This document shows positions 40,036 to 50,555 of a stretch of DNA of 64,000 nt, in pieces. The notes under the pieces were generated by a model, which worked only from the letters and a program-made list of their open reading frames with translations, searched no databases and was not told the origin of the DNA. A program made the position numbers and the translations under genes. This DNA comes from a virus. The stretch's first letter is position 1. The number at the start of each line of letters is the position of its first letter. Location: the IMG/VR virus record IMGVR_UViG_3300048574_000423, positions 2,732-66,731 of that record; one strand, given 5' to 3'.

Positions 40036-40437
40036 TCATCCCGCGACGAATCGAAGCTCTGCGTTCTCGACGCATATGGATATCTCCTGGTAGAGATCGT
40101 CGGGCAATCGGATATGCTTACGAGAAGGTTGACCCTCCCTTTCGCTGCAAAGGAAGGCGTATTGTTCTGTGTAGATTTCGCGTATCTTCACCGCGATGGG
40201 CGAATCGCTGGAATAGCGGACATGTATCATGTCGCCGCGCTCCGGAGCGCTTCTCATGGGCAGGCTTCGTAATTGCGCGAGATATTTCTGACCGTCCAGT
40301 TCAATGGAAATGTCCTTCCTCTCGCCGCGTGCTAAATTGTATCCAAGCTGATGAAACAGCATCGCTTGGACCGCCAGAGGTATATTCATGCCGTCAACAA
40401 AAACGGACCAGTCAACTTCCTTTTTGAATATCTCCAT
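40036..40437 (-). CDS. Moron hypothetical protein resembling the N-terminal domain of HNH restriction nucleases
   Basis: KKEVDWS..DGMNIP...IHVRYSSDSPIA; own TGcTATAAT on the minus strand (40475-40483) and RBS GGAGG. Confidence 0.55.
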   Translation of the reverse strand: MEIFKKEVDWSVFVDGMNIPLAVQAMLFHQLGYNLARGERKDISIELDGQKYLAQLRSLPMRSAPERGDMIHVRYSSDSPIAVKIREIYTEQYAFLCSEREGQPSRKHIRLPDDLYQEISICVENAELRFVAG

Positions 40438-40523
40438 GATTGTTCCTCCCGTAGAATAGGGAATACACGCAAGAATTATAGCACACTTTGACTCGTTTCT
40501 TAATCATGTTGGAGGTTAGATGG

Positions 40524-41786
40524 ATGGGAAATCCTCTGCGCATCCTGTTCAGGAATCGCGACAAGCCACAAAACAACTTGAACGGTGGCGCTTATTCCTT
40601 TTTCTTTGGAGGGACCACTTCTGGCAAGGCAGTGAACGAGCGCTCCGCCATGCAGATGACCGCGGTCTATGCCTGCGTGCGCATCCTGTCCGAGGCCATC
40701 GCCTCGCTCCCGTTGCACGTGTACCGGTACAACGACGCGGGCAGCAAAGAAAAGGCGCTCGCGCATCCGCTGTACGGCATCCTGCATGACGAGCCAAACC
40801 CCGAAATGTCGGCCTTCTCCTTCCGGGAAACCCTCATGACGCACCTTCTTTTGTGGGGGAACGGTTACGCGCAGGTGATCCGCAACGGGCGCGGCGAGGT
40901 CGTGGCGCTGTATCCGCTCATGCCCGATCGCATGAACGTGGACCGGGACGCCCAGGGCAACATCTTCTACGAGTACACCCGTGCGGACGGGGACGTGCGC
41001 TCCATGGTTGGCAAGTCCACCGTGCGGTTGGCTCCCTCGGACGTGCTCCACATTCCGGGCCTGGGCTTCGACGGGTTGGTCGGATACTCGCCCATCGCCA
41101 TGGCGAAGAACGCCATCGGCATGGGACTGGCCTGCGACGAATACGGCGCGTCCTTCTATCAGAACGGCGCGCAGCCGGGCGGCGTGTTGGAGCATCCGGG
41201 CGTCGTGAAAGACCCCAAGCGCGTGCGGGAATCCTGGAACGCCATCTATCAGGGCAGCGCCAACGCCCACCGCGTCGCGGTGCTGGAGGAAGGAATGGCC
41301 TACAAGCCCATCTCTATCTCCCCGGAGCAGGCGCAGTTCCTGGAGACGCGAAAATTCCAGATTGACGAGATCGCGCGCATCTTCCGGGTGCCGCCCCACA
41401 TGGTGGGCGATTTGGAGAAGTCCTCGTTCAGCAACATCGAACAGCAGTCGCTGGAATTCGTGAAATACACGCTCGCGCCATGGATCACCCGCTGGGAACA
41501 GGCCATCTACCGCGCGCTTCTTTCGCAAGCTGAGAAGGAGCGCTTTTTTGTGCGCTTCAACGTGGAAGGGCTTCTGCGGGGTGATTACCAGAGCCGCATG
41601 ACCGGCTACTCCATCGCGCGCCAGAACGGGTGGATGAGCGCCAACGACATCCGCGAGTTGGAGAACCTCGACCGCATCCCCGCCGAAGATGGTGGCGACC
41701 TTTTCCTCATCAACGGGAACATGACCCGACTGGCCGACGCGGGAATCTTTGCCGCCAGCCAACAAAACAAGGAGGCCCCGAAATGA
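40524..41786 (+). CDS. Portal protein (HK97 family)
   Basis: AVYACVRILSEAIASLP, LLLWGNGY, QFLETRKFQ..EIARIFRVPP. Confidence 0.95.
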   Translation: MGNPLRILFRNRDKPQNNLNGGAYSFFFGGTTSGKAVNERSAMQMTAVYACVRILSEAIASLPLHVYRYNDAGSKEKALAHPLYGILHDEPNPEMSAFSFRETLMTHLLLWGNGYAQVIRNGRGEVVALYPLMPDRMNVDRDAQGNIFYEYTRADGDVRSMVGKSTVRLAPSDVLHIPGLGFDGLVGYSPIAMAKNAIGMGLACDEYGASFYQNGAQPGGVLEHPGVVKDPKRVRESWNAIYQGSANAHRVAVLEEGMAYKPISISPEQAQFLETRKFQIDEIARIFRVPPHMVGDLEKSSFSNIEQQSLEFVKYTLAPWITRWEQAIYRALLSQAEKERFFVRFNVEGLLRGDYQSRMTGYSIARQNGWMSANDIRELENLDRIPAEDGGDLFLINGNMTRLADAGIFAASQQNKEAPK

Positions 41787-42505
41787 AACGATTCTGGAGA
41801 TGGGCGGAGTCCGCCGCTCGTGTGCGGGACGAAACCGCACCTGAAATCCGCACCCTGTACCTGGACGGCGTGATCGCCGAGGAAAGCTGGTTCGAGGATG
41901 ATGTGACGCCCGCCGCGTTCAAGGCCGATCTTCTGTCTGGCTCCGGCCCCATCACCGTCTGGATCAACAGCCCAGGCGGCGATTGCGTCGCGGCGGCGCA
42001 AATCTACAACATGCTCATGGAGTACCCCGGCGACGTAACGGTCAAGATCGACGGCATTGCGGCCTCGGCAGCGTCCGTCATCGCTATGGCGGGGACGCGC
42101 GTGCTCATGTCGCCCGTCTCCACCATGATGATCCACAACCCGCTAACCGTGGCGATTGGGGACAGCGACGAAATGCGCAAGGCGATCCAGATGCTGGACG
42201 AGTACAAAGAGAGTATCGTCAACGCCTATGAAATCAAGACCAGCCTGTCCCGCGCGAAGCTGTCCCACCTCATGGACGCGGAAACGTGGATGAACGCGAA
42301 CATGGCGCTGGAGTTGGGCTTCTGCGATGAGATCATGTTCAAAGCCTCCGCGCCACCCGGCGAAGCGCCGGAAAACAGTTTCTCCTTCTCCCGCAGGGCT
42401 GTGACCAACAGCCTGCTGGACAAGGTGAAGGCCCGGATTCCCAAACCCGAACAACCCCGAGTAGAAGCGTCAGCCCTCGAAAAGAGGCTGGCGCTTTTAA
42501 AATGA
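41783..42505 (+). CDS. ClpP-like prohead protease
   Basis: INSPGGD, GIAASAASVI, MMIHNP, ETW...ELGFCD. Confidence 0.92.
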   Translation: MKRFWRWAESAARVRDETAPEIRTLYLDGVIAEESWFEDDVTPAAFKADLLSGSGPITVWINSPGGDCVAAAQIYNMLMEYPGDVTVKIDGIAASAASVIAMAGTRVLMSPVSTMMIHNPLTVAIGDSDEMRKAIQMLDEYKESIVNAYEIKTSLSRAKLSHLMDAETWMNANMALELGFCDEIMFKASAPPGEAPENSFSFSRRAVTNSLLDKVKARIPKPEQPRVEASALEKRLALLK

Positions 42506-42519
42506 AATGGAGGATTTCC

Positions 42520-43722
42520 ATGAACCAGATTCTTTCCCTGCGCGAAAAGCGCGCCAAGGCGTGGGACGCCGCGAAGGTTTTCCTGGATACCAAGCGCGGG
42601 AACGACGGGATGCTCTCGGCCGAGGACGCCGCCACCTATGACAAGATGGAGGCGGATGTGGTCGCCCTGGGCAAGGAGGTCGAGCGCCTGGAACGCCAGG
42701 CCACATTGGACCTGGAATTGTCCCAGCCGACCCGCAACCCGCTGACCGACAAGCCCGGCACGCCTGCCAATAAGGGCAAGTCCGGCAGGGCGACCGACGA
42801 GTACAAAGCTGCCTTCTGGCAGGTCATGCGCAACAAGTCGGTCGCCCACGACGTGTACAACGCGCTCAAGATCGGCCAGGACGATCACGGCGGCTTCCTC
42901 GCGCCGGACGAATTCCAGCGCACCCTGATCGATTCGCTCCAAGAGCAGAACATCTTCCGCCAGCTCGCCAAGGTGATCACCACCTCCTCCGGCGACCGCA
43001 AGATTCCGGTCGTGGCCTCAAAGGGCAGCGCCGCCTGGATCGACGAGGAAGCGGCCTACCCCGAGAGCGACGATACCTTCGGCATGACGTCCATCGGCGC
43101 GTACAAGCTGGCGACGATGATTAAGGTCTCGGACGAGCTGCTGAACGACTCGGTGTTCGACATCGCGTCCTATATCGCCACCGAATTCGCGCGCCGGATT
43201 GGTGCGGCAGAGGAAGAAGCGTTCTTCACCGGCAACGGCAGCGGGAAGCCGCTCGGTATCCTGGCTGCCACGGGAGGTGCGGAAACCGGCGTCACTGCTG
43301 CCAGTGCCACGGCGATCACGATGGACGAGGTACTGGACCTGTTCTACTCGCTGCGCGCTCCCTACCGGAGGAACGCTGTTTTCCTGATGAATGACAGCAC
43401 GGTGAAGGCCCTCAGGAAGCTCAAGAACGGGGCCGGTGACTACATCTGGCAGCCCTCCGTCACGGCCGGCACGCCCGATACCATCCTGAACCGGCCCGTG
43501 TATACCTCCGCATTCATGCCTTCCCTTGCCGCCGGTACCAAGACCATCCTGTTCGGCGACCTGGGCTACTACTGGGTGGCGGACCGCGAAGGCCGCTCGT
43601 TCCAGAGGCTCAACGAACTGTACGCCGCTACCGGTCAGGTCGGGTTCCTCTCCTCCGAGCGCGTGGACGGCAAGCTCATCCTGCCCGAAGCGGTGAAGGT
43701 ACTCCAGCAGAAGGCCTCGTGA
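42520..43722 (+). CDS. Major capsid protein (HK97 fold)
   Basis: Delta-domain coiled coil, GGFLAP, EEEAFFTGNG.GKPLG, GQVGF...RVDGK. Confidence 0.95.
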   Translation: MNQILSLREKRAKAWDAAKVFLDTKRGNDGMLSAEDAATYDKMEADVVALGKEVERLERQATLDLELSQPTRNPLTDKPGTPANKGKSGRATDEYKAAFWQVMRNKSVAHDVYNALKIGQDDHGGFLAPDEFQRTLIDSLQEQNIFRQLAKVITTSSGDRKIPVVASKGSAAWIDEEAAYPESDDTFGMTSIGAYKLATMIKVSDELLNDSVFDIASYIATEFARRIGAAEEEAFFTGNGSGKPLGILAATGGAETGVTAASATAITMDEVLDLFYSLRAPYRRNAVFLMNDSTVKALRKLKNGAGDYIWQPSVTAGTPDTILNRPVYTSAFMPSLAAGTKTILFGDLGYYWVADREGRSFQRLNELYAATGQVGFLSSERVDGKLILPEAVKVLQQKAS

Positions 43723-44000
43723 TGGTGACCCTGAACGAGCTGAAAGCGCACCTGCGGATCGAGGCGGACGATGAAAACGACTATCTGGGAATGCTGCTGC
43801 GGATCGCGGAAGCGGCCGTGGCGGACTTTTGCGGGCAGTCGTTTTCGGACGCCCCGGAACCCGTGCGTCTGGCGGTGCTGCTGTTCGCGGGGTACCACTA
43901 CGCACACCGGGAAGCCGACGATGCCTCCGCGCACAGCGCCATGACAGCCGCGTTCCACGCGCTGCTCTGGCCGCACCGGGAGCCGGGGGCGCTCTTTTAA
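43722..44000 (+). CDS. Head-tail connector (gp6-like)
   Basis: LNELKAHLRIE...PVRLAVL...YAHRE. Confidence 0.85.
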   Translation: MVTLNELKAHLRIEADDENDYLGMLLRIAEAAVADFCGQSFSDAPEPVRLAVLLFAGYHYAHREADDASAHSAMTAAFHALLWPHREPGALF

Positions 44001-44011
44001 CGGAGGCATGT

Positions 44012-44356
44012 ATGCCAAAAAACCAATACGACCTGAACGCGGGCGACCTGCGGGAGCGGCTCGAGGTTCGAAAGCGCGCCGTGACGGTAAAGAGCGGCAT
44101 CACCACGGAAACGTGGGAAACCCTCTGCGCCGTCTGGGCGAAGGCGGAGCCGCTCTCCGGGCGGGCGTACTTCCAGGCGGCAGCGGTCAACCGTGAGAAC
44201 TCCATCCGCTTCATCATCCGGTACCGGGCCGACGTCACCGCGGAGATGACCATCCGCTGGCGGGGCACGGACTACGGAATCGAATCGGTGGTCAACCCCG
44301 GCGGGCGGAACGTCGCCCTGGAGATTCTGACGAAAAGCGAGACGTCCTCCGAATGA
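44012..44356 (+). CDS. Head-tail adaptor/closure protein
   Basis: GDLRERL, VWAKAEP.SGR, FIIRYR. Confidence 0.85.
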   Translation: MPKNQYDLNAGDLRERLEVRKRAVTVKSGITTETWETLCAVWAKAEPLSGRAYFQAAAVNRENSIRFIIRYRADVTAEMTIRWRGTDYGIESVVNPGGRNVALEILTKSETSSE

Positions 44357-44751
44357 GCGCGCTGGATTTGGATTCCTTCGGCGAAGTCGGCAACCAGGCA
44401 AAAGCGCTGGGTGACGCCGCGAAGGGCGCGATCTCCTCCGCGCTGTACAAGGGCGCGCAGGTACTCGTCCCAGCGGTGAAGGCCAAAGCGCCGCGCAGCC
44501 TGAAACACCGGACGGGCGGAAAGCTCTCACCTTTCCATCTGGCCGACACCATCACGGCGGACAAAGCGCTGAACATGGCGGGCGTCACCGTCGCGGGTGG
44601 CGCAAACGGCCCCTCGTACTACTGGAAGTACCTGGAGCACGGCACTGTGAAGATGGCCGCGCGGCCGTTCTTCGCGCCCGCGCTGGAGGAAAAGGCGGCG
44701 GAAGTCCACCAAGCGGTGGCGGACGAACTCAAAGAAAAGCTCGGATTGTGA
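44353..44751 (+). CDS. HK97 gp10-like neck protein
   Basis: YWKYLEHGTVKMAARPFFAPA. Confidence 0.85.
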   Translation: MSALDLDSFGEVGNQAKALGDAAKGAISSALYKGAQVLVPAVKAKAPRSLKHRTGGKLSPFHLADTITADKALNMAGVTVAGGANGPSYYWKYLEHGTVKMAARPFFAPALEEKAAEVHQAVADELKEKLGL

Positions 44752-44762
44752 GGGGTACGGAT

Positions 44763-45143
44763 ATGGATTGCAGCATGTTGGTGGACCTTCTGCTCGCGGA
44801 CGAGCGCCTCACGGCACTCCTGCCATCAGACCCTACCGGCCACAAGGCCATTTATCAGATTCTCTCGCCCCAGGCGGAATTGTTTCCCCGGCTCGCCATA
44901 TCCGAGGCGGGACGCGAGTATACGGCCTGGGCGGATGACGCCCCCACCCAAGAGCGGACGGCGTACCGCATCGACATCTATGCCAGGGAAAACGTCCTGC
45001 GCGGCGTGAACGCCGCGCTGCACAAATGCCTTTCTTCCCATGATTTCCGCCGCCTTGCCCAGGCTGCGGACGATTACCTGCCGGACGAGGCGATCTACGT
45101 CAAGTCCGTGAACTATGAACACTACGAGAGCCTGGAGGGATAA
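44763..45143 (+). CDS. Tail terminator-like protein (DUF3168-like)
   Basis: Position before the tail tube gene; WADD...YRIDIY motif. Confidence 0.65.
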   Translation: MDCSMLVDLLLADERLTALLPSDPTGHKAIYQILSPQAELFPRLAISEAGREYTAWADDAPTQERTAYRIDIYARENVLRGVNAALHKCLSSHDFRRLAQAADDYLPDEAIYVKSVNYEHYESLEG

Positions 45144-45145
45144 AC

Positions 45146-45715
45146 ATGCAGCCGGTCGGCTTACGAAACCTGCACTACGCGCTGCTCACCGAGGATTCGG
45201 AGGACGCGCTCGCCTACGGAACGCCCCAACCCCTGATCGGCGCGGTCACCGCAAAGATCAGCCCGGCATCAAACCAGGAGACCCTGTACGCGGATGACGG
45301 CCCGTTCGACACCCAGACGAGCCTGGGCGACATCGCCTTTGAGATGGAGCTGGCGACGCTGCCCATCAAGACGCAGGCGGCGCTGCTGGGCCATACCTAC
45401 AGCGCGGGCGTCATGATCCAGCGGGACACGGACATCCCGCCCTATGTGGCCATCGGCTTCATGTCCCGCACCACCAAGGGCAACTACCGGTTCGTGTGGC
45501 TGCTCAAGGGCAAATTCGCGCTCAAGGACGACGAGTACGCCACCCTGGAGGACAAGCCCAAGTGGAACAACCCGAAGCTCTCCGGCACGTTCGTCAAGCG
45601 GATTCATGACGGCGAATGGAAGCGCGAGGCGGACAGCGGCGACGTGGATTTCACCGGCGCGGCCATGTGGTTTGACAAGGTGCCCGGCGATGAAAGCACC
45701 GGGAGCCAATCCTGA
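45146..45715 (+). CDS. Major tail protein (phi13 family)
   Basis: VGLRNLHYA, LYADDG, AIGF, YRFVWLLKGKF. Confidence 0.9.
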   Translation: MQPVGLRNLHYALLTEDSEDALAYGTPQPLIGAVTAKISPASNQETLYADDGPFDTQTSLGDIAFEMELATLPIKTQAALLGHTYSAGVMIQRDTDIPPYVAIGFMSRTTKGNYRFVWLLKGKFALKDDEYATLEDKPKWNNPKLSGTFVKRIHDGEWKREADSGDVDFTGAAMWFDKVPGDESTGSQS

Positions 45716-45735
45716 CGGCACGGAGGTAATGGAAT

Positions 45736-46068
45736 ATGGCACTCAAGGACATTCGGGAAATCGCGGTCCCCATTGAACTGGACAAGCCGCGCTGCCTGAA
45801 ATTCGATCTCAACGCCTTTGCGGAATTAGAAGAAAAGTTCGGCTCCATGGACGCGGCGTTCCAGGCGATGCAGAAGGGCAGCCTCAAAGCCGCGCGCACG
45901 CTCCTGTGGGCGGGCCTTCTCCATGAGGACGAGACCTTGACCGAGAAGCGCGTCGGCGGCATGGTGACGCTGGCCAATCTCAGCGGGATCATGGACAGCA
46001 TCACGTCCGCGCTCACCGCTGCCATGCCGGACGGCGACGAGGTGGTGAACACCGGGGACCCTACCTAG
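45736..46068 (+). CDS. Tail assembly chaperone (gpG-like)
   Basis: Lies between the tail tube and tape measure genes; LKFDLNAFAELEE. Confidence 0.8.
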   Translation: MALKDIREIAVPIELDKPRCLKFDLNAFAELEEKFGSMDAAFQAMQKGSLKAARTLLWAGLLHEDETLTEKRVGGMVTLANLSGIMDSITSALTAAMPDGDEVVNTGDPT

Positions 46069-46289
46069 ACGAGCTCTGGAACTCGTTTGCCCCGGAAGGG
46101 GAAGCCGCATCCGGCGAGGGAATCGACTGGGTGCGGCTTTACCATATCGGCACGGTCGTGCTGGGCATGACGCAGGCCGAATTCTGGCAAACGACGTTTC
46201 GGAAGCTCCGGGCGCTTTATTTGTGCCATCTGGAACAGCGCGGCGGGAAGCGTACCAGAATGGCGACGCCGTTTGACGATCTGACCTGA
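46059..46289 (+). CDS. gpT-like extension in the -1 frame (not in the ORF track)
   Basis: PYLDELWNS...IDWVRLYHIGTVVLGMTQAEFWQTTFRKLRAL...; overlaps the end of gpG (GAC CCT ACC TAG). Confidence 0.65.
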   Translation, partial: PYLDELWNSFAPEGEAASGEGIDWVRLYHIGTVVLGMTQAEFWQTTFRKLRALYLCHLEQRGGKRTRMATPFDDLT

Positions 46290-46308
46290 CGGAAGGAGGT
46301 GGTGGAGC

Positions 46309-49300
46309 ATGGCGAAGGAACTGGGCGACCTCATCGTCCGGCTGTCGCTGGACAGCGCGAAGTTCGAGACCGGCATGGCGAAGTTCGAGAAGCAGATGAC
46401 GGCGCTTCAGAACCAGTACAAAAGCTCCACCACCGGCGTCACCGACTTTGACAAGGTCGTTTCAAAGCTCCGGGAGAGCGCGGGGACCCTGACCGAAAGA
46501 TTATCCCTTCAACGCGATAAGGTCGAAAAGCTCGAAGCCGCTTACCAGAAATCCGTTGAGGCGAAGGGTGCTGACGCGGAGGAAACCCAGAAGCTCAAGG
46601 AAAAGCTCGACGCCGCCAAAGAAAAGCTCGAGCAGACCGAGACGGCGCTCAAGACCGTCAACGACCAGATCGCAAACAACCAGAACGGCTGGTACCAGTT
46701 CTCCGTCAACCTCCAGGGCGTCGGAGAACGCCTGACTGAGGTCGGGGAAAAGATCACGGGTGCGGGTGAAAGCCTCTCCAAGAACGTGACCGCGCCCATC
46801 GCCGCCCTGGGCGCTGCCAGCGTCGCAGCATTTTACGACCTCGACGAAGGCTTGGACGGAATCGCCACCAAGACCGGGGCTACAGGCGACGCGCTCTCCG
46901 GCTTGGAGGATGCGGCGGTCGGCCTGTACACGAACATGGCGGTGTCCATGGATGACGCGGGCGCGGCGGTCAGTGAGGTCAGTATCCGCTTCGACGCCAC
47001 CGGCGACAAGCTGTCCGAGCTTTCCCAAACCTTCCTGGAATTCGCCGCCGTCAACAACACCAACGTGAACGACGCGGTGGACTCCACCGCCCGGCTCTTG
47101 AAGCAGTTCGGCCTGGATACCTCGGACACAAACGCCCTGCTCGGGATGCTGACCGCCAAGAGCCAGCAGACGGGCCTGTCCATGTCGGACCTCATGTCCA
47201 TCCTGGAAGCCAACAGCGCGACCTTCAAGGAACTGGGGCTGTCGGCGGAGGAGTCCATCAACCTCATCGCGCAGATGGAGCTGGCGGGCGTGGATACCGG
47301 CGTCGCCATGGCGGGCCTGAAAAAGGCGGTCAACAACCTCACCGACAGCGGAATGCCGCTGGGCGAGGCGCTCCAGACGGTCATCGGTAGCATCAAGAAC
47401 GCGTCCTCCGAAACCGAGGCGCTCGCCATCGCCCAGGAGACATTCGGCGTCAGAGGCGCGGCCGAAATGGCGACGGCGATCCGGGAAGGCCGCTTCACCG
47501 TGGAAGACCTCGCCGACTCCATGGAGAATTACGGCGATGTGGTCGAAACGACCTATGGGACCATCATGGACTCGTCCGACGATGTGACCGTCGCGTTCAA
47601 CAAGATCAAGAACGGCGGGCGCATGTTGGGGGAGAAAATCCTCGACACCCTGGTTCCCATTTTGGAGACTGTCGCGGAGAAGATCGAGGCGGTCGGGAAC
47701 TGGTTCGGCTCGCTCAGCCCGCAGATGCAGGAGATGATCGTGAAGATCGCGATGATCGTCGCAGCCGTGGGACCCGCGCTCGTCATCGTCGGCAAGGTCG
47801 TGGGGACGATCGGAACGGTGACGAAGGCGCTGTCTCCGGTGGCGAAGCTCATCAGCGGGGTTGGCACCGCATCGAACGGCCTGGGCGCGGCCTTCACGGC
47901 GCTCACCGGGCCGGTCGGCATCATCCTCGCGGCCGTCGCCGCGCTGGTCGCTGCCTTTCTCTACTTCTACAACACCAACGAGGATTTCCGAAACAAGGTC
48001 AACGAGGTCTGGGCGTCCATCGTCGCCGCGCTCCAGCCGGTGAAGGAGATGTTCCTCGCCACCTTCGAGAACATCAAGGCATCCCTGGAACCAGTAAAAG
48101 AGGCGCTGACCAACCTGTGGGCGACGGTCGTGGATGTCTTTCAACGGATCTGGGCCGCAATCGAGCCGGTGGTGACGGCCATCGGGGTCGTCATCGGGGC
48201 GATGGTGGCCTATGTCCTCGCCGTCGCAAACGGAATCATGAACGCCATCGGGCCGTTCATCCAGGTGATCGTCTCTGCGGTGACCGTTGTCATCGACATC
48301 TTCGCCGCGCTCATCGCGTTCTTTTCCGGGGATTTCACCGGCGCGCTCGAGTACCTGAAGGCGGCGCTCGCAGCTCTGGGCGAGTATTGGCACAACATCT
48401 GGGCGACGATCCAGGCGTTCTTCGTCGGCGTGTGGGAAGCGATCAAGACCATTGCCGAGTCGTTCGGCATCGACATCGCGGGCATCATTGCGTCCATCTG
48501 GAACGGCGTGAAGGATTTCTTCTCGGGGCTATGGGATTCCATCAAATCCACCGCCTCCGCCGCTTGGACGGCTTTCTCCGATTCGGTCACGGGCATCTGG
48601 ACGTCCATCAGCGCGGCGGCCACTTCCACATGGAATGCGATCTCCGGTGCCATCTCCAGCGCGGTGGATACCGCGAAGGCCTGGGCGGAAGATCAGTGGA
48701 CGAAGGCCAAGACTGCCCTTTCCGGCACCTGGAACACCCTCTCCTCCACCGCCTCCACGGTATGGGCCGGGATCACCTCGGCAATCCGCACGGCGGTCGA
48801 TACGGTGAAGACGGCCATTGAAAGCAAGTGGGAGTCCGCCAAGACAACGATCTCCGGCAAGTGGGACAGCCTCAAGACTGCGGCTTCCGACAAATGGGAT
48901 GCTATCACCGGTGCCGTCACCGGCGCGGTGGAAACGGCGAAATCCACCCTCTCCGAAAAGTGGACCACGATTTCCAGCAGCGCGAAGGACATCTGGGAGA
49001 CCTTGAAAACCGACGCCGGGACGAAATGGCTCGCGATCACAAACGCCGTCAAAAGCGCGGTTTCCATCGGAAAGACCGGCATCACCGATGCTTGGGACTC
49101 GGTGAAATCCGGCGTGAAGGATGTGTGGGACAAGGTCGTGGACATCGTGAAGTCGCCCATCACCACGGCTTACAACTGGGTCCAGGGCAAGGTCCAGGGC
49201 TTCAAAGATTTGTTCAATTTCAGCTGGAAGCTGCCGAACTTCAAGCTGCCCACCATCGACGTGACCTGGAGTGACGTCGGCTGGGGGATCAAAATCCCGA

Positions 49301-49674
49301 AGCTCTCCCTCAAGTGGAACGCCCTGGGCGGCATCTTTGACCAGCCGACCATCTTCAACACCCGCGCGGGGTTGCAGGGCGTGGGCGAGGCCGGGCCGGA
49401 GGCGATCCTCCCGCTCGATGCCCTCTGGACGGAGATGTCCGCGCGGCTCAAGTCTGGTATGCGGGAAATCCTCGCCGAGTCCCGTGCGGACGGCGAACGC
49501 CAAGTGAATCAGCTGGTCCGGGCCTTCACGGCGGCCATCGCCGCCACGAAGGATTCCGCTGCTTCTCCTTCCGTGACGGTGGAGCAGAACATCTACGCCC
49601 ATGAAACCTCTTACGTCGGCCAGCAGCGGGAGGCCGCGCGGCAGTTCAGGCAGATTGCGAGGGCGCTTACGTGA
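46309..49674 (+). CDS. Tape measure protein
   Basis: 1121 aa; N-terminal coiled coil, Trp-spaced repeats, C-terminal GEAGPEAILPL. Confidence 0.92.
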   Translation: MAKELGDLIVRLSLDSAKFETGMAKFEKQMTALQNQYKSSTTGVTDFDKVVSKLRESAGTLTERLSLQRDKVEKLEAAYQKSVEAKGADAEETQKLKEKLDAAKEKLEQTETALKTVNDQIANNQNGWYQFSVNLQGVGERLTEVGEKITGAGESLSKNVTAPIAALGAASVAAFYDLDEGLDGIATKTGATGDALSGLEDAAVGLYTNMAVSMDDAGAAVSEVSIRFDATGDKLSELSQTFLEFAAVNNTNVNDAVDSTARLLKQFGLDTSDTNALLGMLTAKSQQTGLSMSDLMSILEANSATFKELGLSAEESINLIAQMELAGVDTGVAMAGLKKAVNNLTDSGMPLGEALQTVIGSIKNASSETEALAIAQETFGVRGAAEMATAIREGRFTVEDLADSMENYGDVVETTYGTIMDSSDDVTVAFNKIKNGGRMLGEKILDTLVPILETVAEKIEAVGNWFGSLSPQMQEMIVKIAMIVAAVGPALVIVGKVVGTIGTVTKALSPVAKLISGVGTASNGLGAAFTALTGPVGIILAAVAALVAAFLYFYNTNEDFRNKVNEVWASIVAALQPVKEMFLATFENIKASLEPVKEALTNLWATVVDVFQRIWAAIEPVVTAIGVVIGAMVAYVLAVANGIMNAIGPFIQVIVSAVTVVIDIFAALIAFFSGDFTGALEYLKAALAALGEYWHNIWATIQAFFVGVWEAIKTIAESFGIDIAGIIASIWNGVKDFFSGLWDSIKSTASAAWTAFSDSVTGIWTSISAAATSTWNAISGAISSAVDTAKAWAEDQWTKAKTALSGTWNTLSSTASTVWAGITSAIRTAVDTVKTAIESKWESAKTTISGKWDSLKTAASDKWDAITGAVTGAVETAKSTLSEKWTTISSSAKDIWETLKTDAGTKWLAITNAVKSAVSIGKTGITDAWDSVKSGVKDVWDKVVDIVKSPITTAYNWVQGKVQGFKDLFNFSWKLPNFKLPTIDVTWSDVGWGIKIPKLSLKWNALGGIFDQPTIFNTRAGLQGVGEAGPEAILPLDALWTEMSARLKSGMREILAESRADGERQVNQLVRAFTAAIAATKDSAASPSVTVEQNIYAHETSYVGQQREAARQFRQIARALT

Positions 49675-50555
49675 ACGGAGGAAGGATCGAGACCCTTGTC
49701 TATACCAACGAGAACGGCGAGGCGCTCGCGTTCTCGCACGCCTCCGCCTTCTGCACCCAGGAGGTGAGTGGGCTGACCGACGTGCGCTCCACCCTCTATA
49801 CCATCCACTCGATGGGTCAGGACGGGGACTCCTACGTCGCCAGCCGCATCGAGGGCCGCGAGATCGACCTGTCCGGCTCCATCCGGGAGCGCGATCCCTC
49901 CAAGGCGCGGGAGCTTCGGCGCAAGCTGGCCCGCGTGCTCAATCCCAAGCTGGACGGCGTTCTTTCCTATCAATACGGCGACTTCCTCCGCGTGATCGAC
50001 TGCCGGGCGGTCAGCTCGCCCGTCGTGACGAAGAAGCCCCAGGACATCTACCACAAATTCGCGGTCACGCTCTCATGCCTGAACCCCTTCTGGCGGGAGG
50101 CGTCCGAGCGGCGCACCGACGTCGCCGCCTGGCTGGGCGCGCTGGAGTTCCCGGTGCGCCTTCCGGCAGCAGGCATGTCTGTGGGGTATCGCCAGCCCAG
50201 CGTCATCGTGAATGTCTATAACGGCGGCGACGTGGAGAGCGGAATCCGCGCGGAGATGAGCGCGGTGGACACCGTGGTCAACCCCAAAATCCTGAACGTT
50301 GCGACGGGCGAGTTCATCCGCTTCAAAATCACGCTCTCCGTCGGCGATACGCTCGCCGTCTCCACCGGCTATGCCGACAAGTGGGCGACATACACCCACG
50401 AAGGCGTGGAGGATGATGCGCTCCAATATCTGGACATCGACAGCGCGTTCCTCGCGCTCGAACCAGGGGACAACCTCATCAAGTACGAGGCCGACGCGGG
50501 CGTGGACAACCTGGAGATCGTCGTGTACCACAGCAACCGGTACTTGGGGGTGTAG
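49671..50555 (+). CDS. Distal tail protein (Dit)
   Basis: Follows the tape measure gene; CLNPFW, LEPGDNLI motifs. Confidence 0.8.
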   Translation: MNGGRIETLVYTNENGEALAFSHASAFCTQEVSGLTDVRSTLYTIHSMGQDGDSYVASRIEGREIDLSGSIRERDPSKARELRRKLARVLNPKLDGVLSYQYGDFLRVIDCRAVSSPVVTKKPQDIYHKFAVTLSCLNPFWREASERRTDVAAWLGALEFPVRLPAAGMSVGYRQPSVIVNVYNGGDVESGIRAEMSAVDTVVNPKILNVATGEFIRFKITLSVGDTLAVSTGYADKWATYTHEGVEDDALQYLDIDSAFLALEPGDNLIKYEADAGVDNLEIVVYHSNRYLGV

